Shown piece by piece: positions 58,858 to 64,000 of a stretch of 64,000 nt of DNA; the first letter of the stretch is position 1, and the number at the start of each line of letters is the position of its first letter. The position numbers and the translations under genes were made by a program. Origin of the DNA: an uncultured Gammaproteobacteria bacterium. Its GTDB lineage: Bacteria > Pseudomonadota > Gammaproteobacteria > JAADHQ01. The stretch lies in the NCBI GenBank assembly GCA_947258655.1, contig CAMYJD010000018.1, positions 3,294 to 67,293 of the forward strand. Direction: 5' to 3'. The notes under the pieces were generated by a model. That model did not search any database. It saw nothing but the letters and a program-made list of their open reading frames with translations, and was not told the DNA's origin.

Positions 58858-61800
58858 GTGAGTAAAAAATCCCTTCAGACAAGAATATCAAGCAGCGGCG
58901 GCGGCATGGCTGCGTGGTCGATCAGACATCCGATCGGGGTGATCATGATCACACTGGCGATAATGATGCTGGGCCTGTTTTCACTTGGACGGCTGTCCGT
59001 CGACCTGCTGCCGCATATCATCTACCCGGATATCAGGGTACGCATCAATAATCCGGGCGTTCCCGCCAAGATCATCGAAGACCAGATCACTCGCCAACTT
59101 GAAGAACAACTGGCGATCACCGAGGATGTCGTCAGTATCGAGTCAACCAGCGCGGAAGGCAGAAGCAGGGTCAATATGTCTTTCCAGTATGGCAAGGATA
59201 TCGATGTTGCCCTGCGTGACGCCAGCACCCGACTCGACCGTGCCAAACGATTTCTCCCGGATGATATAGAACCACCAATCATTTACAAGCGTGACCCATC
59301 GCAACGCCCGGTAGCCGAATTTATCGTCAGTTCCGCTCTCCGTAATCCGATTGAACTGCGCAACTGGGTCGATGATGTGTTCAGTAAATGGATGATCACC
59401 TTGCCCGGTATAGCCGCCGCCGAGGTAGGTGGCGGACAGGTTCGGGAGATTCGAGTCCTGCCAGACCAACAGCGTCTGGCCGGTCTTGGCCTGACCACGG
59501 AAGATGTCATAACTGCGTTGCAGGAAGGTAATCGCGAGGATCCGGCAGGTCGCATCAAACTTGAACGGCGCGAACTCAGTGGTCGCATTTCGGCGCGCTT
59601 CGAGTCGGTTGACGAGATCGCCAGTCTGCCTGTGCCGCTAACGGATGGCCAGTATGTATACCTTAAAGACATAGCCCGCGTCATTGATACACATGAGGAC
59701 GAAACCCTGCGTGTTCGTTTGAATGGCACACCCGGTGTCAAGCTGTCCATCCAGAAACAACCCAATGCCAATTCCGTTACCGTTGTAGACACAATCAATC
59801 AACGGCTCTCAGAACTCGGCAAACAACAGGTGATCCCGGACGATATCAGCATTAAAATTGTCGGCGACCAATCGATATATGTACGCAACTCCCTGAACCA
59901 TGCTGCACTCGCAGCCATCTCCGGTGCGATACTGGCCATGCTGGTGGTTTACCTTTTCCTCGGCAGCCTCAAGCGCACGTTGATCATAGGTAGCGCGATT
60001 CCGATTGCCATCACGGTAACCTTCCTGATCATGGAGCTGGGCGGGCTTAGCCTGAATATCATGACCCTGGGCGGCCTGGCCGTCGGCGTCGGCATGCTGG
60101 TCGACAGTACCATCGTCATGCTTGAGAACATTTACCGCCATCAGACTGAAGGTGAAAACAGCTTTGAGGCCGGCACCCATGCCGCGCGTGAAGTGAACAG
60201 CGCCATCGTTGCCTCGACCAGCACCAATCTCGCCGCTATCGTACCTTTCCTGTTCATCGGCGGTCTGGTTGGGCTCTTTTTCCGTGAACTGATCTTCACT
60301 ATCACTGCCGCCATAATCGCGGCGATGTTTGTAGCACTGACACTGGTACCCGCACTGGCAACACGCCTGCAACAATCCACGCACCAGGCCCGCAACAACG
60401 CTGTTGACCGACTCATGCGTTATTTGCAACAGAAATACCGCAGCAGTGTTCGTTACCTGGTCCACAACCTGGCCCCCAGAGTTGCGCTGGTCATCGCCTT
60501 GCTGATAGCGATTGGTCTCAGCTGGCCGACATTCATCAATGATGAAGAAACAGTATTTTTACCGGCAATGGATGATGGCAGAATCGGAATACGTATCACC
60601 TCCGATCCCGGTGTAAAACTGGATGTGACAGATGAAGCAACATACAAAATAGAATCCCTGCTGCAGCAAATGCCACACATAAACACCTTGTTTACGATCA
60701 CGGGCGGCTTCATCTTTGGACGCACCGAAATAGAAGCGCGCAACAAGGCACGTATCGATGTACAACTGATACCCAAGACTCGGCGTACGATGAGTAGCGA
60801 AGAATGGATAGTGAAATTCAAGGCACTGCTGTCGAAAAACAAAATGCCCGGTGTACGTGTATTTGTTAGCAAGCTGAGTATACCCGGCACACGTTTCCAT
60901 CGTGGCAGCAATGATATCAGTCTGCGCGTTAGTGGCCCCGATTTCGATGTGCTCGATGAAATCGGCTACGCAGTGGCGACACACCTGCGTCCCATCGAGG
61001 GCCTGGATAATATTGAACATTCTTCCGATGAAGGTGGACAGGAGTTATCTATCACTATCGACAGGGAACGTGCCATCAATCTCGGATTTTCGGTCAAGCA
61101 AATCAGCCGCATTATCAGGACTGCAATAAGAGGGGAAATCGCCGGCGACTACCTGGAGGGTGACAAGTCGTATAATATTCGTGTACGCCTGCCCGACATC
61201 ACAATATCCAGCCTCAGCGACCTTGACTCCCTGCTACTCGGCAAGGTATCCGCAAGCGATTCGTCCATCTATCTTGCCGATATTGCCAGGATTGAATTAA
61301 TCCAGGCGCCTTCAAGGATACTCAGGGATAACCAGCAGAGAATCATCAGAGTTACGGCCAAGATCAGTGAAGGTTATACAAGCGGCAAGGTACTGGAGTC
61401 GATATCTGAATCATTGCAGGATTTCGAGCTGCCGGATGGTTACCAGATCTACGACGCCGGCATCTCTGAATTACTGAAAAGCAGCCAGACCACGGTCTTT
61501 CAACTACTGGGCATGGCCCTGTTCCTGGTACTGGTCGTCATGGCCGTACAATATGAATCATTACGCAACCCGATTATCATTATGCTCGGTGTGCCGTTCG
61601 CAGCCATCGGGGTTGCCATGGCAATAAACTGGGCTGAACTGCCGCTGTCGATGCCATTATGGCTGGGGATGATCATGCTCGCAGGCATTGTCGTCAATAA
61701 TGCCATTGTCATGGTCGAATATATCGAAATATTACGTAAACAGGGCGAATCACTGGAAGATGCCATTACCGAGGCCGCCGGTCTGCGCCTGCGCCCGATC

Positions 61801-61989
61801 CTGATGACTTCGCTGACGACGATGATCGGCCTGTCGCCATTGGCAATCGGATGGGGTGAAGGTGCGGAAATGCTGAAACCACTGGCAATCACAATCATAT
61901 CGGGACTGGGATTTTCACTCATTGTCAGCCTCTACCTTATTCCGGTGTTGTACCGGGTATTTCATCGCCAACAAGAACCAAGTGTATAG
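58858..61989 (+). CDS. efflux RND transporter permease (AcrB/HAE family), 12 TM
   Basis: 1043 aa, AcrB-like duplicated 6-TM architecture with large periplasmic loops. Confidence 0.9.
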   Translation: MSKKSLQTRISSSGGGMAAWSIRHPIGVIMITLAIMMLGLFSLGRLSVDLLPHIIYPDIRVRINNPGVPAKIIEDQITRQLEEQLAITEDVVSIESTSAEGRSRVNMSFQYGKDIDVALRDASTRLDRAKRFLPDDIEPPIIYKRDPSQRPVAEFIVSSALRNPIELRNWVDDVFSKWMITLPGIAAAEVGGGQVREIRVLPDQQRLAGLGLTTEDVITALQEGNREDPAGRIKLERRELSGRISARFESVDEIASLPVPLTDGQYVYLKDIARVIDTHEDETLRVRLNGTPGVKLSIQKQPNANSVTVVDTINQRLSELGKQQVIPDDISIKIVGDQSIYVRNSLNHAALAAISGAILAMLVVYLFLGSLKRTLIIGSAIPIAITVTFLIMELGGLSLNIMTLGGLAVGVGMLVDSTIVMLENIYRHQTEGENSFEAGTHAAREVNSAIVASTSTNLAAIVPFLFIGGLVGLFFRELIFTITAAIIAAMFVALTLVPALATRLQQSTHQARNNAVDRLMRYLQQKYRSSVRYLVHNLAPRVALVIALLIAIGLSWPTFINDEETVFLPAMDDGRIGIRITSDPGVKLDVTDEATYKIESLLQQMPHINTLFTITGGFIFGRTEIEARNKARIDVQLIPKTRRTMSSEEWIVKFKALLSKNKMPGVRVFVSKLSIPGTRFHRGSNDISLRVSGPDFDVLDEIGYAVATHLRPIEGLDNIEHSSDEGGQELSITIDRERAINLGFSVKQISRIIRTAIRGEIAGDYLEGDKSYNIRVRLPDITISSLSDLDSLLLGKVSASDSSIYLADIARIELIQAPSRILRDNQQRIIRVTAKISEGYTSGKVLESISESLQDFELPDGYQIYDAGISELLKSSQTTVFQLLGMALFLVLVVMAVQYESLRNPIIIMLGVPFAAIGVAMAINWAELPLSMPLWLGMIMLAGIVVNNAIVMVEYIEILRKQGESLEDAITEAAGLRLRPILMTSLTTMIGLSPLAIGWGEGAEMLKPLAITIISGLGFSLIVSLYLIPVLYRVFHRQQEPSV

Positions 61990-62147
61990 TGATATCTGTT
62001 CAAGGGGCGGATATGCTTAAATCAATGAACCAGGTCACCACTGCCCTCAATTTTCCGTGATAAGACATGCATGATTTATAGTTAGCGTATTAGCAGATTT
62101 ATTGCGCATATATACGATTGCATGTATCTAAATATAAGACTTTAACT

Positions 62148-63977
62148 TTATTTTCGCACAGCTCCGGATCTTAACGCCTCACCCATCGCGAGAATATGCG
62201 TCGCATACCAGAAGCTGTCCGTTTTAAGAATACCGTGCCCGCGATTCAAGGCTGACAAGGCCTGCTCCAGCAATTGCTTGTCTTTGCTCATCCGCGCCAG
62301 CTCGAGTGTTACACGTATCAGTGTCGCCGATGCCGAAGGCATTGGTCCGTCTGCAACAGTCGCTTCACGTGAGGAAATACCGGCAATCATGTCTTCGGAC
62401 AGTGACCATCCCTGCGCATTATAAAAACGCTTCCAGGCCTGTTGTATGAGCTTGTTAACCAAGGTGATATCCGCCTGCCTTGCTGTATGCTTTGCCCAGG
62501 CCAGCAAGCCGGCTGATACATAGGCATAATCTTCCAGTGTAGCGTCACCCAGATAGCGACCATCTGCTAATGCCCTGTGCAGGGATTGGCCGTCCCAGAG
62601 TTTGCCGACGATGAAATCCCTTAGTGACTCGGCCTTGTCCAGATAGTCCTGGTTGTGTCCGCCCGCCAGCGTCAAGGCCTGCAGGGCCAGGCCGTTCCAT
62701 GATGCCAGGAGTTTGTCGTCCCGCGGCAATACACGCTCGCGTTGCTTTTTTAATAACTTCGTCTTTGCATTCTCTATCAATTTGCCAATTTGTGCGCTGC
62801 TCTTACCGGTTTCCGTGGCCAATTCGGCAAGCGTCGACGCGATATGCGCATGATGGCCCGCATCCAGCGATGGTACATGTTGCATACCCCAGTGCATTTT
62901 CAGCATCTGCAGTTCCGGTGGCGTTAATATCGCCTTCAACTCCTGATCCGACCACAAATAGTAACCACCCTCGACATTATTATTGTCGATCGCGGACAGA
63001 CTGCTGATCATACCTCCCGATGAATCTGCCAGTTCACGCAACATGAAATCCAGGGTCTGGAACGCAATCTGTTTATATTCATTTTTATTAAATACGGCTG
63101 AGGCGTGTAAATACAGGCTGGCCAGCTGCGCATTGTCATATAGCATTTTTTCGAAATGAGGGATGAGCCATCCGGGATCGACCACATAACGGTAAAAACC
63201 GCCGCGCAGGTGGTCATACATGCCCAAAGATGACATCCGCTCCAATGTCAGCTCAAGAAATTCACCCAGCGACTTGTCACGATTATGCTGGTATAGCTCA
63301 AGCAGCAGCGTCAGTTGGGGTACCAGCGGGAATTTACTCTGCTCGCCGAAACCACCCTGCATCTGGTCGGCCGATTGCAGCGCCTGTGCTATATAGTCCG
63401 TGCGATAGCTATCGACCTGCCTGGCATCCAGCTTCGGGCCAAGCGATGGTTCCGATTTTTCCCACATCGCCGCTGCCGATTCGGCCATGGCCTGCATACC
63501 CGCCATGTCACCGACCCAGGTCTGTTGCATACTAACCAGTAATTCACTGAAGTCCTTGGGCGGCAAATAAACGATGCCGAGCAAAGGATAGCCTTGCGGG
63601 GTAATGAACACATTCAGTGGCCAGCCGGCATAACCACGCGTCCTTTCTACAAATTCTATCAGGCGCGCATCCAGCGCCGGCTGCAATTCCCGGTCGACCT
63701 TGACCGGAATAAAATCCCGGTTCAGTATTTTGGCGATGGCGGGGTTCTGATACGACTCGCGCTGCATGACGTGACACCAGTGGCAGGCAAAATAGCCGAT
63801 CGATACAAACACCAGCTTGTTTTGCTTACGCGCGCGCTCGAATACCTGCTTGTCCCAGCCTTGCCAATGCACCGGATCTTCGCCATGCATGGCCAGATAG
63901 GGTGACGGGTGGTCTTTGAGCCGATTTTCACCGGCCGCACTCGGGTTGGGCGACAGCAGTATCAGGCACAGCCACAA
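62148..63977 (-). CDS. thioredoxin-domain protein of the DUF255/YyaL (SPATA20-like) family with six-hairpin glycosidase-like domain
   Basis: 'FVSIGYFACHWCHVM' thioredoxin-like motif plus C-terminal alpha/alpha-toroid region. The N-terminus may extend beyond the listed start. Confidence 0.75.
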   Translation of the reverse strand: MWLCLILLSPNPSAAGENRLKDHPSPYLAMHGEDPVHWQGWDKQVFERARKQNKLVFVSIGYFACHWCHVMQRESYQNPAIAKILNRDFIPVKVDRELQPALDARLIEFVERTRGYAGWPLNVFITPQGYPLLGIVYLPPKDFSELLVSMQQTWVGDMAGMQAMAESAAAMWEKSEPSLGPKLDARQVDSYRTDYIAQALQSADQMQGGFGEQSKFPLVPQLTLLLELYQHNRDKSLGEFLELTLERMSSLGMYDHLRGGFYRYVVDPGWLIPHFEKMLYDNAQLASLYLHASAVFNKNEYKQIAFQTLDFMLRELADSSGGMISSLSAIDNNNVEGGYYLWSDQELKAILTPPELQMLKMHWGMQHVPSLDAGHHAHIASTLAELATETGKSSAQIGKLIENAKTKLLKKQRERVLPRDDKLLASWNGLALQALTLAGGHNQDYLDKAESLRDFIVGKLWDGQSLHRALADGRYLGDATLEDYAYVSAGLLAWAKHTARQADITLVNKLIQQAWKRFYNAQGWSLSEDMIAGISSREATVADGPMPSASATLIRVTLELARMSKDKQLLEQALSALNRGHGILKTDSFWYATHILAMGEALRSGAVRK

Positions 63978-64000
63978 GGATGTGAAATTAATGGTTTTCA

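Noticed and set aside
1-64000. Prophage, integron, IS/transposase or CRISPR-Cas content
   Set aside because: No integrase, transposase, reverse transcriptase, capsid/terminase, attC array or cas motifs were recognisable in any frame. Mobile DNA here appears limited to non-autonomous MITE/REP-type repeats and the group I intron.

Overview
64-kb chromosomal window from a moderately GC-rich (~50%) gammaproteobacterium, likely a sulfur-oxidiser. The housekeeping backbone includes mutY-yggX, asmA, the tsaD / rpsU-yqeY-dnaG-rpoD macromolecular synthesis operon, folB-folK, plsY, cca, uppP, moaA and ctaA. Accessory modules include arsR-arsM, an RND efflux pair, two sensor kinases, and a cyanobacterial-type cynABDS cyanate operon next to a PAS/sigma-54 activator gene. 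Sulfur-related genes include a cNMP-binding/rhodanese fusion, DsrE-like, DsrC/TusE and TauE. The most unusual features are listed below.
(1) A tRNA(CAU) gene, most like tRNA-Ile2, is split by a 259-nt Azoarcus-type group I intron.
(2) A dispersed MITE-like palindromic element of about 62-72 bp with a 23-bp terminal inverted repeat occurs six times. Copies flank AT-rich orphan genes and truncate a paralogous gene 3' end.
(3) An AT-rich islet next to tRNA-Phe carries a 34-codon aromatic-rich small ORF. Immediately downstream is a radical-SAM/SPASM gene whose CX3CX2C motif sits out of frame at a C-run, a candidate RiPP locus.
(4) A 165-bp tandem repeat with 2.3 copies and a second REP-like 'GCTAGTGGCGAG' repeat family are present.
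(5) Three 16-bp palindromes and a candidate -24/-12 promoter lie between the cyn operon and its putative sigma-54 activator.
Coordinates derived by hand counting may be off by 1 nt near homopolymer runs.
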